Below are positions 36,941-50,734 of a DNA stretch of 64,000 bases, in pieces. The position numbers and the translations under genes were made by a program. This DNA is from Okamejei kenojei (taxonomy: Eukaryota), in NCBI GenBank assembly GCA_035221665.1, contig CM069135.1, positions 63,922,001 through 63,986,000 of the forward strand, written 5' to 3'. The notes beneath the pieces are model-generated. The model saw nothing but the letters and a program-made list of their open reading frames with translations. It ran no database searches and was not told the DNA's origin. Each line of letters opens with the position of its first letter. The stretch's first letter is position 1.

Positions 36941-38942
36941 TGACTAAATGGTAGGGCCCAGGGAGTGTTGTGGAGCAAAGGGACCTTGGGTGCAGGTACA
37001 TAGTTCCATGAAAATGACAGCACGGATAGACAGGGTTGTGAAGGTGTTTAGCATGCTTGCCAGTGCTTACCATAACTCCTATTGTGTATAGGAGTTGTGA
37101 TGTCATATTACAGCAATACAAGATGCTGGCAAGGCCACATTTGGAGTATTGAGTACAAATTCTGGTCAACCTGTAATTGGAAGGATGTAATTAAACTGGA
37201 AAGGGTGCAAAAAAGATTAACAAAGATGTTACTGGAGGGTTTAAGTTATAAGGAAAGGCTAGGAAAGGAAGGACTGTTTCCCCTGGAGTGCAGGAATCTT
37301 AAAGGTAAGTTTAGAGATTTATAAATTCATGTAGACCATTGATATGGCAAATAGCCATAGTCTTGTCCCCAGGTAGAGGAGTCTAAACCTAGCGGGCATA
37401 GGGTTAAGGTGAAAGGGGAATGATTTATAAGGACTCGAGGGAAAACATTTTCACACAGAGGGTGGTATGTGTATAGAGTGCGCTGCCAGAGGAAATAGTA
37501 GAGGTGATTATCATGACAACATTTAAAAGATAATTCAATAGGAAAAGTTTGCATTAAATTGAGTCAACAACAGGCAAATATGACTGGTTCAGTTGGACAA
37601 CTTGGTCAGCAGGGATGAGTTGAGTTGAAGGGCCAGTTTCCATGACTCTAACTAAATCAGACTGATTTACTCGCTGTTAAAACTCTGACATTCAGAAAGA
37701 AAACCATTACAAATTAAAATCTAAAATATTAAATATTATGAAATATATTTGTTAATCGAATTATTTCAAATATATATGTAAATTACTTGTAACAGACTTC
37801 CCTCCCTGGCAGCCATTCATCCTAATTGAAAAAAGAGATGCTGAACTTGCATCAGTTTGGGTAGATTACCCAAAGCAGTTGCTTGGAAACTGCCGGAAAT
37901 TGGCATTCCACCACTACGTTCCATGACAAGTCCAAAATTAGAGTGTAGCAGGACAGACAGAGGTGAAGACCTGACAGAATATCCATGGTTTCCACACTAC
38001 ACAAGAACCTCAGACTTTCTGATTGTTCCATGTGGAATGCTGGCAATTCTGTGAGGATTACTGAAGTTCCTTGCAAACCGCTCAGCATTAATCACATTTG
38101 ATAAAGCCACTCATATTATAACCTGGACTACTGTTCTAATGAGAATGGGAATCTACTTTTTTTCCATAATTTAATTTAATATTTCTAAAAGAAAGCAAGC
38201 TTGAAATGATTTCTCAAGCTGTACCATATCAAATGACTTTGATTCAAAGCACAATCTGAAGAACTAAACACTGCCAGATGCTCTACTTTAATTATTACCA
38301 TCAAACCAGTAATGCTCCAGAAAAAAGTCATCAACATCATACCTACCTAGTAGAAGCAATCATGTTCTGAACCCTGTAACTACTGTGTAGAATTCTTTTG
38401 ATATAGTTCAAAATTTCAAGAAAGTCTCAGTAAACAAGTGGATTGTCATGACAAGCATCACTAAAATTCCTTTTTATGGCACCGTCTTTTCACACATGAC
38501 ACTCCCATAACTTTTTAATTATTATGATTATCACACTTTAGTAGTAAGAGTACAACTACAACAAAAAATTAAATAATGCTGAAACCTTTTATTTAATTTA
38601 AATATTCCATAAAGGTACACTTATTCTCTAACAGACAAATAATCTATTGCACTTGAAGCAACAGTAGAATAACCAAAATAAATTAACTGCTAGTTGTGGG
38701 AATTGCAAACTTCCTTTCTTCCCAATATCTGTGCCAATCAACAAAGTTCAGTGAAGATCTCACTTTCCAAAGAGTCTACTTCTTACAGTTAGAATGTAAC
38801 ATAGAAACACCAAGACAAAGTTAGGTCTTGACTTTAGTTCTATAACTTGGGTGTCTATTGATTAAAGAGGAAGGATCTCAACGGTCCGTTTAATGACTGG
38901 ATCATTTCACCTTTTTAGACAACCATTTTAGACCCTTTCAGA

Positions 38943-38970
38943 CTGAAGAAGGGTCTCGACCCGAAACGTT
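38943..38970 (+). ncRNA. Minimal (PLE-type) hammerhead ribozyme core, best-preserved copy
   Basis: CTGAAGA-AGGGTCTCGACCC-GAAACGTT; stem II GGGUC/GACCC; lies in a PLE terminal repeat (~38930-39030). Confidence 0.65.
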
Positions 38971-39099
38971 GCCCACTCCTTTTATCCAGAGATGCTTGCT
39001 GAATTACTCCGGCATTTTGTGTCTATTTTGTGTTTGTGATGGGAAAGCGGAAAAGCACTGATTAGGACATGCATTAGAAATTTGCATTTTCATTGTATA

Positions 39100-39575
39100 T
39101 AACCATATAACCATATAACAATTACAGCACGGAGACAGGCCATCTCGGCCCTTCCAGTCCGTGCCGACCATTTGTTTTCCCCTAGTCCCATCTACCTGCA
39201 CTCAGACCATACCCCTCCATTCCCTTCACGTCCATATACCTATCCACTTTACTTTTAAATGTTAAAATCGATCCTGCCTCCACCACCTCTGCTGGAAGCT
39301 CATTCCACACAGCCACCACCCTCTGAGTAAAGAAGTTCCCCCTCACGTTACCCCTAAACTTCTGTCCCTTAATTCTCATGTCATGCCCTCTTGTTTGAAT
39401 CTTCCCTACCCTCAATGGGAAAAGCTTATCCACGTCAACTCTGTCTATCCCTTTCATCATTTTAAAGACCTCAATCAAGTCCCCCCTTAACCTTCTGCGC
39501 TCCAAAGAATAAAGACCTAACTTGTTCAACCTTTCTCTGTAACATAGTTGCTGGAACCCTGGCAACATTCTAGTA
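39100..39575 (-). mobile_element. CR1 3' fragment, same subfamily as 28242-29995
   Basis: ORF 39182..39625 FTRMLPGFQQLCYRERLNKLGLYSLERRRLRGDL...; near-identical UTR and tail. Confidence 0.95.
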
Positions 39576-41239
39576 AAGTAATAATATAATAAAGTACAGG
39601 TTAAAATATACTGTACAGTGGACACAATTCAATTTAAACCTATTTAGAAAGGACAGGGGCAAAGTGTATACATTCAGAACAGTCTAATATACATCTTGTT
39701 TTCTAAATTAAGCATACTGCTGGAAAAATGTCCTATCTAAAATCATCTGACCATCGGAGGGAGATGAAAACTCCCCAGCAAAGGGTTAGTCTTGTACAGC
39801 AATAACCACAATCTCTTATCCATCTCTGTCTCAAAAATAATATAATAAACCATTGCCACTGTCCCATTTTCAACTCTTCTAATTGCAGCTGGTCACCACC
39901 ACTGATTCATAAAAATGTGAAACATAATGAGGAAGTGAGGGGGAAAAAAACTGAGCATAAACCAGACAATTTGGGTAAGTCAAACATGACAACACAGAAA
40001 CAGAGATTTTTTTTGTCAATTACAGAACTGTCTGTAGCTTCTTCCTCTCCATTTGCTAAGTCATTTGTCTGTACTTTGGTCAAAAATGGTCCATTACCTT
40101 ATTTACCCAAAGCTATTCTCACGCACATCCAGCTACTTCCTTTTTGAGAAAACTGATTCAAAGAATCAAGAGAATCAACTTATTTATTTTATGCTAATAA
40201 CACAATAAATACAGACATAATAATTTCCTGGTTCTTCTCAATTTCTTTCAAACTTTAAAGCTTAATCCCTACCAGTTTCTTTCCACGAGCATCAAGAACT
40301 GGAATTTGTTAACAAATTAAATTAACTGCGTTTTCTTTTGATTGGGTTGGGTGGCAAGAATTTAGTCAATGTAAGAATTTATAGAATTGTACATTTATTG
40401 CAACAAAGGCATTGGTTACAAATTCCACTTACAGTATATTTCACAACAGCATTTCAATCAAACTTTTAAAATGTTACGTTATTACCAAAATGTATTCTCT
40501 ATTATTTTAACACTAGAAATAGTTAGTACCTGAAAGAAAATGTATCATCTCTGCCACTAAAGACTCAACGCATTAATTTTGCATCCTGTAATTCAGAAAT
40601 GGATGATACTGCTATGTATATACATATGTTTTGATACAGATATAAACACAGCCCCTTATCTTTGTTGATGCAAGTTCATTCCCATGGTGCAGAGCAGGCT
40701 GAAATCCAACCCCATGATGGTCCCCTTGTTTGACACCTTTCAATCCTTGTTTTCAACCCTGCTGTCACATTAACCTTTCGAGGCCCATGTTCCCATTGTA
40801 CTGGAGATCCCCACCACACACAATTCACACATGGAACAAGTTGCAATCAGTTCTCAGGTAGCAGAACCTCAGGCCACACTGCAGAACCACTGTGATGATC
40901 TTTAACAATAAACAATCATCAAAGCATTTTGAATTATTTTTTGAATATCTCTGATAACAATACAAACAGTTTAGATTCTCAAATTATGTTAAATAATGCA
41001 AATAAATAATAGCACATTTAGTTAAACCAATTTAACACTTTTAAATAATTAAACCCATCACCTGTAATGGGTATTACCTATAAAGGCCAGTTGGACAAAC
41101 TTGGATTACTCTCTGGAATGGAGGCTGAGGGGAGACCTGATGAATGTATATACATTTATGAGAGGTATAGTTAGGATAGACAATCTGAACCATTTCTCCC
41201 CAGGGTAAACTGTCAAGTTTATTTTAAAGACAAAATGAT

Positions 41240-42022
41240 AGGGGTCAGGTTAGGTAAATGGGGTTAGGTTAGGTAAGGGGAGGTACAGCGAGACCTGGGT
41301 GTCCTTGTACACCAGCTACTGAAAGCTTGCGTGCAGTTACAGCAGGCAGTGAAGAAAGCTAATGGAATGTTGGCCTTCATAACAAGAGGATTTCAGTACA
41401 GGAGTAAAGAGGTTCTACAGCAGTTGTATAGGGCTCTGGTGAGACAACATCTGGAGTATCGTGTACAGTTTTGGTCTCCTAATTTGAGGAAGGACATCTT
41501 GTGATTGAGGCAGTGCAGCGTAGGTTCACGAGATTGATCCCTGGGATGGCGGGACTGTCATATGAGGAAAGATTGAAAAGACTAGGCTTGTATTCGTTAG
41601 AGTTTAGAAGGATGAGGGGAGTTCATATAGAAACATATAAAATTTTAAAAGGACTGGACAAGCTAGATGCAGGAATAATGTTCCCAATGTTGGGTGAGTC
41701 CAGAACCAGGGGCTTAGAATAAAAAATTCCAGTCTTAGAATAAAGGGGAGGTCATTTAAGACTGAGCTGAGAAAACATTTTTTTACCCAGAGAGTTGTGA
41801 ATTTATGGAATTCCCTGCCACAGAGGGCAGTGGAGGCCAAATCACTGGATGGATTTAAGAGAGAGTTGGATAGAGCTCTAGGGGCTAGTGGAGTCAAGGG
41901 ATATGGGGTGAAGGCAGGCACGGGTTATTGATAGCGGACGATCAGCCATGATCACAATGAATGGCGGTGCTGGCTCGAAGGGCCGAATGGCCTCCTCCTG
42001 CACCTATTTTCTATGTTTCTAT
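41240..42022 (+). mobile_element. CR1 3' fragment nested in an older CR1 (~41080-42350)
   Basis: IEAVQRRFTRLIPGMAGLSYEERLKRLGLYSLEFRR; 3' UTR ends CCTATTTTCTATGTTTCTAT. Confidence 0.92.
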
Positions 42023-43954
42023 AGGTGCCTGGATCATGCTGCCAGTAGAGGCAGATACAATAGTGGGATTTAAGAGGCTTTTAGATAGATACATGAGTTT
42101 ATTATTGTCATGTGTAATGAAGTGCAGTGAAAATGTTTTGTTTGCGTGCTATCCAATCAAATCATATAAAAGTATATAAGAATATAATCAAGTCAGACAC
42201 AAGTACAAAAAGTAGAACAAAAATGAAAATGCTAGAGTGCAGAATGCAGGGATATGGATCATGTTCAAGCAGACATTTAACGGCATGTTTGGTACAGACA
42301 TTGTGGGCAGAAGGGCCTTTTTGTATGATGAACTGTTCTATGTTCTGTTAATCTAAAGTGAAATAAAGAAAAACAAATGAACACAACGTGGTATTTAAAA
42401 CTAACAGCCCATTGCATGTTGTGAGGCTGAGGCACCATATGAGAAATGCATTTGATCCTTCAGTTCAATAGGATATGAACTGACTGGTAATAAAATGGCA
42501 AATCTGAGTTGTCACTGTGTTTCTGACTTGCCCGTTGCAGTTCATCAGAGGAGGGGTAATCTGGGCTGGGTAAAGCAGTTCCCTGCTGAACTGCTGCATA
42601 TATCAGAGCTCAATTTAGCCCAATGGTTTAAAAAGGGTGCAGCGCTCTGTAGAATACATTATCGGAAAGAGGGCTGATATTCTCTATGTAGCATCATAAA
42701 CACTGGTGCATGCACAAACATCCTGCACTTCATGAACAAGGAAACCATTTATCAACTATTATTCAGAGAATAAGATTAGTTTTGTGTCCTGTAAAATCAA
42801 CAAACTTTACTCAAACTATAAACACCACATTTTCTCTCTGGATTTGTGTCTGAGGGCAGATCAACTACGAAGAATCTAATTAGAAATAAATATTGCACAT
42901 GCTGTAAATAATGTATGAAATAAAAAGAAAATGCTGGAAGTGGCAGCGGGAGAAAAATAGTTCATCTTTCAGGTAATCCTTCATCAAACAAGTGTTTGCT
43001 TTGTTTCTCCTTCATCAACTGCTGCCTGATTTGCTGCCCATTTCCAGCAACATTTTTGTGACTTCAAGAAATTAAATTATCTCAGGATTATTTAGTTTAC
43101 AAGATCAATTTTGGCTATTTGAATTTAGTTGCAAATTAGTACGCAGGTTCTTGACATCAGCAGTCTCAGTAAAAAAGATGGCATAATAACTGGTGCATTT
43201 AATAGGAGGAAATTCCTCATGCCCATTGTTGCATTCAAAATATAACAATATTCCACTTCCTTACATTGAAAACACTTGATTTGGAAAGAGAATTAAGAAC
43301 CTATAGTAATTGTTGCAAATGTTTTTATATTACATCGAAGATCAAAAATTCTACCATCTTCCTTCCCGCTGACATTAAGCAAATAAGTATATAGTTTAAG
43401 ATTTGTTCTCTATTTTTATAAACCGTACTCCCACAAGTTTTCCATTGAATCTCTGGCACTATTCCCTTTGTTACCACATCCCAAACTTCCTTTACAATGA
43501 GCAGATGCAGTCCTTCTGGACGAGGAGGGTTATTCTCTTATGTTTGATTAGAATTGGTTCAGAAGCAATTCAACCCCCTGATTTGGTTCTCTGCAAGTGC
43601 CATCCTGTCTATCTGTTTTACCCAGCTTTTCCCAAATAGCACCTATTTTCTCTCGCAAGTATGCATCTAATTAACCTTCGAACACAAGGAATAAATCCAC
43701 TGCAATTGCTGTACAAGAATTCTTCCACGTGATTAACTCTTGCAACGTCCAACATCCCATTTAATAAATACAAAACATTGGAAATGCATGCCAAAGACAT
43801 GTCACGACCAACATGGCTAGATTTCAAGATTAGCAGGGATGTGAAATAAAAAGCTATTTTCAGTTACACCACAGGTTATCAAACTTAAATATAGCAAGAA
43901 ATACTTTACATTCAAGGAGAAAAGAAAATCACCACCCAAATACCTCTCCATTGA

Positions 43955-44145
43955 CCTCCAATTGCAGGTAGTCCTTGCTTTCTCCTTCCTTCCTCCCCTC
44001 CCCTCCCCAGCTCTCCCACAGCCTACTGCCTCCGCCGCCTCCCCACCCCCCGACATTAGTCTGAAGAAGGGTCTCGACCCGAAAAGTCACCTATTCCTTC
44101 TCTCCATAGACGCTGTCTCACCCGCTGAGTTTCTCCAGCATTTTT
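43955..44145 (+). repeat. PLE 3' end with hammerhead-like core at 44061-44088
   Basis: CTGAAGAAGGGTCTCGACCCGAAAAGTCACC followed by the PLE terminal repeat. Confidence 0.8.
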
Positions 44146-45734
44146 TCTTCCTCTATTTTTTTAATCTCTTCTGAGAAATGAATTATTTAATATTTGTTCC
44201 ATTTTGCCATCATTACATCTGAATTTATTATAGACATTGCTTGGTGCTACTTCCCATAATCTGACTTTTCATTGTTTTTTTTTACCTCTTGAAAATTGCA
44301 TTTCAATTTCTTTCAAGCCTTGTTAAATGTTTTTGTTTTCTTTTTACATCCTCCCCCTAAACTTTACAGATCATTTTTTCTGACTTTGAATTTTACCTTT
44401 ATTTCTTTGCTCATCTATGACTAGTGTGTATAATTTTTGTTGATATATTTCTCCTGGACTCTATTGATACCATATTAACTACATCTTGCACTTCTGAATA
44501 CCAAAAAGACAATTTTCCAATTTCTTTATCGTAATGAATCCTTAAATTTTATCCTAAACTTTATTTTCTGCTTCTTTCTGCCTAGAAATTACCTTGCTTC
44601 TATTTAACTTTTCTACTCTGGCTCATTCCTCCTTGTCAGATCTAGTGCATCTTGATGGTCCCCTAGCTGGAAAGATTAGGAGCATGCGAAGTTTAAAGTG
44701 TGAAGAGTGCGAAGAGTGCAAAGTTTAAAGATATTTAGGGGCAGGGAGAACAAACAATGTGGAATTCAACATGCTTAATTAATTGTAAAAGTAATTTTTC
44801 ATCTGAATTAAAGGACGCTGCACGTTTTGATAATTTTATTATTTCACAATTATTTTGTGTTTGAGACATGCCATCAGACAGTCCATTGAAGCCAAACTTA
44901 ACACGAAACAAAACAAGAAAATGAATTTCTGCTTTTCTCACGACTAGGTCTACAAATTTTGTAAAAGTGTCCAACATGCGACTAATTGAGACCACAACTC
45001 CGGAACAGCACTAGCTGCCTTGTCACGAAGAGGCAAGCGAAAACAACCTTGTGACCAGCAGAGACGTGAACTCAGAGGAGAGATGCTAAGGACACAAAAA
45101 ACCTCTTTCATTTTGTACGCTGTGTTTGCTTCCCATGCCTTTAACTATTGAAGCTTATAAAGCCACATCCTAAGCCACAGATCTCAGGCACCTGGGATAC
45201 TCACAGCAAAAGATGAAACTAAATTACTTTTAGCTTACACACGCCATAAGGGGATCCTGAATATTTGTCAAACAGTCACTATCAATATACTACATTCTCT
45301 TCAGTATTACTGAAATAATCTATTGGAAACATTTTATTTGAAAAAATTTGTCATGGCTCACCATAATCCAATCCAGCAAGATTAATAACCTTTATTAAAA
45401 TTATGCATAAATGTAGTCAGTTAAGTAGGCCGATCAAGTGAAGACTGTTCACAAACTGTTGTAACAAACTGAATACTGTTTAGCGAATAAGCACCAACAC
45501 AATACATTTTGCAAAAACATATGGCACAAATGTATTTTTTTAAACTGTTACATGTTTGCAACATTACGGATTTTACCAAAAGAGGAACAAATGTTCACCT
45601 TGATGTCAATGTATAAATTGTTGTTACAAATACAAACCTTTGCAAAATGGAAATATCTTGCTGGGATGAGTTATCGTTAATTTTGCCAAAGAAATTTAAA
45701 AAAAGACACATATAATATTGTAGTGATATAGTAG

Positions 45735-47020
45735 TGGCCAGAGGATCTGGGGTGACAGAGGAACTGAAGGAAGTCCACATTAGGCAGGAAATGGTGTTGG
45801 ATAGACTGATGGGACTGAAGGCTGATGAATCCCCAGGGCCTGATGGTCTGCATCCCAGGGTACTTAAGGAAATGGCTCTAGTGGATGCATTGATGATAAT
45901 TTTCCAATGTTCTATAGACTCAGGATCAGTTCCTGTGGATTGGAGGGTAGCTAATGTTATCCAACTTTTTAAGAAAGGTGGGAGAGAGAAAACAGGGAAT
46001 TATAGACCAGTTAGCCTGACATCGGTGGTGGGGAAGATGCTGGAGTCAATTATAAAAGATGAGATAGCCAAACATTTGGATAGCAGTAACAGGATCGGTC
46101 CGAGTCAACATGGATTTACGAAGGGGAAATCATGCTTGATTAATCTTCTGGAATTTATTGAAGATGTAACTAGGAAAATGGACAAGGGAGAGCCAGTGGA
46201 TGTAGTGTACCTGGACTTTCAGAAAGCATTTGATAAGGTTCCACATAGGAGATTAGAGGGCAAAATTAGGGCACATGGTATTGGGTTTAGAGTGCTGACA
46301 TGGATAGAGAAGAGGTTGGCAGACAGGATACAAAGAGTAGGGATTAACGGGTCCCTTTCAGAATGTCTGGCAGTGACTTGTGGGGTACCGCAAGGCTCGG
46401 TGCTGGGACCGCAGCTATTTACAATATACATCAATGATTTGGATGAAGGGATTCAAAGTAACATTAGCAAATTTGCAGCTGACACAAAGCTGGGTGGCAG
46501 TGTGAACTGTGAGGAGGATGCTATGAGAACGGAGAGTGACTTGGACAGGTTGGGGGAGTGGGCAGATGCATGGCAGATGAAGTTTAATGCGGATAAATGT
46601 GAGGTTATCCACTTTGGTAGCAAAAACAGGAAGGCAGATTACTATCTAAATAGCGTCAAGTTGGGAAAAGGGGAAGTACAGCGGGATCTGGGGGTCCTTG
46701 TACATCAGTCTATGAAAGTAAGCATACAGGTACAGCAGGCAGTGAAGAAAGCGAATGGCATGTTGGCCTTTATAAGAGGAATCAAATATAGGAGCAAAGA
46801 GGTCATTCTGCAGTTGTACAGAGCCCTATTGAGACCACACCTGGAGTATTGTGTGCAGTTATGGTCCCCTAATTTGAGGAAGGACATTCTTTCTATTGGG
46901 GGAGTGCAGCGTAGGTTTACAAGGTTAATTCCCGGGATGGCAGGACTGTCATATGCTGAGAGAATGGAGCAGCTGAGCTTGTATACTCTGGAGTTTAGAA
47001 GGTTGAGAGGCAATCTCATT
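45735..47020 (+). mobile_element. CR1 ORF2 fragment truncated at both ends; open RT frame but catalytic motif FAAD
   Basis: ORF 45734..47095: SPGPDG, YRPVSLTS, DFQKAFDKVPH, GVPQGSVLGP, ISKFAADTK; homology ends at ...RLRGNLI. Confidence 0.95.
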
Positions 47021-49331
47021 GGAAGCTGGCCCAATGGAAATTTGCAGGAATATGCCCTTGATGCAAGAAAAATACTACACAATTTCACTTCTTAACAACA
47101 CAGCTCAAATTTGAAGATGTGGTTTTCTTGTTCTGAAATGACCACATGAAATAAAAGTGCCTACAACAATCCTTTAAATGATTTTATCATTTTCAATCTT
47201 TAAAGCAGTTGCCTGAAAATAATTGAATATCAATGTACAGCATGAATCTATAAAGTAGAGAAGATATTTTTTCATTTAGCTGCTTGGGAAGGATACATTA
47301 TATCAACATAGGCTTAAGAGTATCAATAAGTGCCAATTCCAAGCTTACTTTCTTTGATGCAAAACCCACACTAACCAAAATTTTGCAACCTGAATTTATT
47401 CAGGTATTCAATAAAACATGTAATCCAAATAACTCAAAATACAATAAACAAATTAAGTTGTGATTTATAACACTGGCATAGCAATAATCTGCCAAGTGAA
47501 ACAACCACCAGCTATTGTCCAGCCCTTTGCAGTCGTATTAATTAGCTGCAAATCAACCGAAACAATGCTAATTGCAATGATAATTTAGAATAATTCGTTG
47601 TTTCTGCATATCACGTTACTTATAGGGTAGAAAACTCAGGCCAGAAAAATGGATCTTGACATTATGGTGTTTTTGGTTTGGTCTTCCATAACTTTCTGCA
47701 TCAAGTAAAATATCTTAAATGTTGTGGTATTAACATTCTAATTAAAGCTAGCTTTTTTATTTCTGACATTATTAAATTTTCAGAGGCATCTTTGACAAAG
47801 TCACTTTGCAAAGTAAAAGCCAAATAGAGACAATGGTCAAAACATTGTAGATAGAAATTTCATTTGGATAGATAATTTTTTTAAGAGTTCCTATATAGTT
47901 ACTAATAATAATAGGGGAAGGTTGCATTCTATTATTAGCTCTGAACATTGATAATCTAGCATTATAGACAGCTCTACAACTCTCTCTCTCTCTCTCTGAT
48001 GTAATGCAATGTGCTTTATGGAAGACTGCTTTGTATGTCCCTTGATTAAACATATTAAGACAATCACCAGATCAGTAGCAAAAAGTTGGTTAAGTCATTA
48101 TAGATTAAGATATTTGAAACTTACCTTTATTAATCCATTAATGTATTCAATACTCAATAATAATAAACTGGCCAACATCCAAAATAAACACAGAAAAATG
48201 TCAGAATTCACATTTTTAATATTGAAGAAACCCATTTAAATAGAAAACATTTGAAATATATTTGAGTTTCTCTGCATAATTTTAAGGAGTTACACTCAAG
48301 ATGTTTTCCCTTTGTGCAAATGCTGACTGACCTGTGTGTATTTTCAGAACTATAAATATTTTCATGTCAGTAAGTACACCACTGCACAGCTGTTTGAAAT
48401 TAAGCTTTCAAGAATGATGTTTAGTTCTATCCAATTTCTAAAACCGCAAATTGTAAAAAGTGTATATTACAAACACAAATAGCAAATGCATGCTTCAGCA
48501 GTTTTAAGAGGATATGGAAATTGGGAACAAAAATGCTGCACCAACTATTTAAGTGAATTAAGATTGAATCAGGTGATACCAAAACAGATCATTTGGAGCT
48601 GGATTCTGCATTTTTCTATTATTCACAAAGCAGACATAGCATCAGGGGAAATCAGCATCATAGTCACTCTGAAAACCACAACTGGCTTCTTCTATTTCGA
48701 CTTCTTTAGAAGCTCTTACACAAAATGCTCCCACCCAATCTTCACATCAGGAATCAGATTTATAAGATTAACTCTATTTACGACACACTTTTACCAACTT
48801 ATTATAAAACAATGGCAGCCAGTCTTGCAAATCAATCTTTTTTTAAATACATCAGCATTTTAAATGTAAACATTGTAACATTAGTTTAGTCAATAGCATT
48901 CAGACTTGAGATAACTTCTTCAAAGAAACCAAGGAAACATTTTGTTTTGCTAACAATGCATGTAAAATTGAAAATGCTGACATCACACTTGTTTAATTTT
49001 ATTATATTCTTGTAAGATGCATCGCCTTAAGCAAATCTTATTTGATTGGTCAATGCATGTGATCCCAGCCACTCTATTCACCACTAGAGCATGGGTCCGA
49101 TTCTCCAAATAAAAAGTTCCTATTTCTGTTCTCTTATATTAACAAGTGAAACCATGTGCTTCTCAATAGTAGAAGGAAAAGGGAAGTTTAACCCTAATAG
49201 TTCTGTCGAATATTTCAAATGTTGACCATTCATTTTATTTGCTATATGAAAGAAAAATGCACAATCTCAGTGCAATCACAAAACAATAATTGGCATGAAG
49301 CAACAAAATTACTCAAAAGCGAAGGGATGAT

Positions 49332-49680
49332 AGGACTGGACACGCTAGAGGCAGGAAACATGTTCCCGATGTTGGGGGGAGACCAGAACCAGGGGCCACA
49401 GTTTAAGAATAAGGAGTAAGCCATTTAGAACGAAGACGAGGAAACATTTTTTCTCACAGAGAGTGGTGAGTGTGGAATTCTCTGCCTCAGAGGGCAGAGG
49501 AGGCAGGTTCTCTGGATGCTTTCAAGAGAGAGCTGGGGCTCTTAAAAATAGCGGGGTCAGGGGATATGGGGAGATGGCAGGAACGGGGTACTGATTGGGG
49601 ATGATCAGGCATGATCACAGTGAATAGCGGTGCTGGCTCAAAGGGCCGAATGGCCTACTCCTGCACCTATTGTCTATTGA
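49332..49680 (+). mobile_element. CR1 3' fragment
   Basis: GLDTLEAGNMFPMLG...; 3' UTR ends GCACCTATTGTCTATTG. Confidence 0.9.
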
Positions 49681-50229
49681 CTGCAAATGGCCATTGGGTC
49701 ATAAGATAAGCACCACTGCCATTGATTGAGTATAGGAACAGGGAAAAGTGGCTGAGAAAGAGTTATTTTCTAAATATTCTGAAGCTTAACATTCAATTTA
49801 ACTTCCCCACAAACAGTAATGATTTTGATTATATCCTACATGGTGTTTAAGATGTTGAACATAAACAATGTGAATGCTCCCAAAGAAAGAAAAAATAAAT
49901 ATTACCATTGTTTCATACAGGGACAATATGCAATGGCCTACATAAAGAAACCTGGACTTAAGTCCAATGGCCTCAGAGAGCCCATGATATATGAGGAATC
50001 CTTCTTCCCAGTGTAAAACTGAATTTATTTTACTATATGTACTACAATTAAGTTCAATGGAACTCCAAAAGAGAAGAAAGATCCCACAGATCCAGGATAG
50101 TATCTTACTGATACTTACTAGTTTACCATTATCAGCACACACTTCAAGCTTTTCAAGCCTTGGGTCTGCACACCCATCATTTTTGATCTTATTGAAGGGA
50201 GATTCGGCATGTGAAAAAGGATTCTCCTA

Positions 50230-50720
50230 AACCTCTACAGGTGCACGGTAGAGAGCATTCTGACTGGTTGCATCGTGGCCTGGTTCGGCAACTTGAACAT
50301 CCAGGAGCGGAAAAGACTTCAAAATGTTGTGACCACTGCCCAGTCCATCACCGGCTTTGACATCCGTCGAAGGGATCTATCGTAGTCGCTGCCTCAAAAA
50401 TCATCAAAGACATCATCCTGGCAACACACTCATTTCACCATTGCCATCGGGAAGAAGGTACAGAGGAGCCTGAAAACTGTAACGTCCAGGTTCAGGAACA
50501 TTTTCTTCCCTACAGCCATCAGGCTATTAAACACAACAACAAATAAGCTCTGAACTGCAAAATACTATATTATTACTGCACTATATTTGTTATTTATTGA
50601 ACTTTTTTGCTCTTACCCCGTTATGTTCTATGTTTACGTATTCACATATTCTGTTGTGCTGCAGCAAGTAAGAATTTCATTGTCCCATCCAGGACATATG
50701 ACAATAAAACACTCTTGACT
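50230..50720 (+). mobile_element. Rex1/Babar LINE 3' fragment
   Basis: YRCTVESILTGCIVAWFGNLNIQERKRLQNVVTTAQSITG...SGRRY...RFRNIFFPTAIRLLN; ends GACAATAAAACACTCTTGACT. Confidence 0.88.
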
Positions 50721-50734
50721 CCTGCGCAGACTTA

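Larger units (their letters stand above)
30340..37650 (+). mobile_element. Ancient CR1 LINE broken into pieces by nested insertions
   Basis: Collinear CR1 ORF2 pieces: REIRRAK..ENL (30420-30496), FTMEKD..DKSLVPD (32060-32780), 33566-33760, 36384-36397, 36945-37650 (KLERVQKRLTKM to the 3' UTR). Confidence 0.75.

Noticed and set aside
45734-47095. 453-aa open RT ORF as a functional or domesticated gene
   Set aside because: It is a CR1 fragment truncated at both ends, starts at a GTG rather than an ATG, has FADD mutated to FAAD and runs into flanking DNA.
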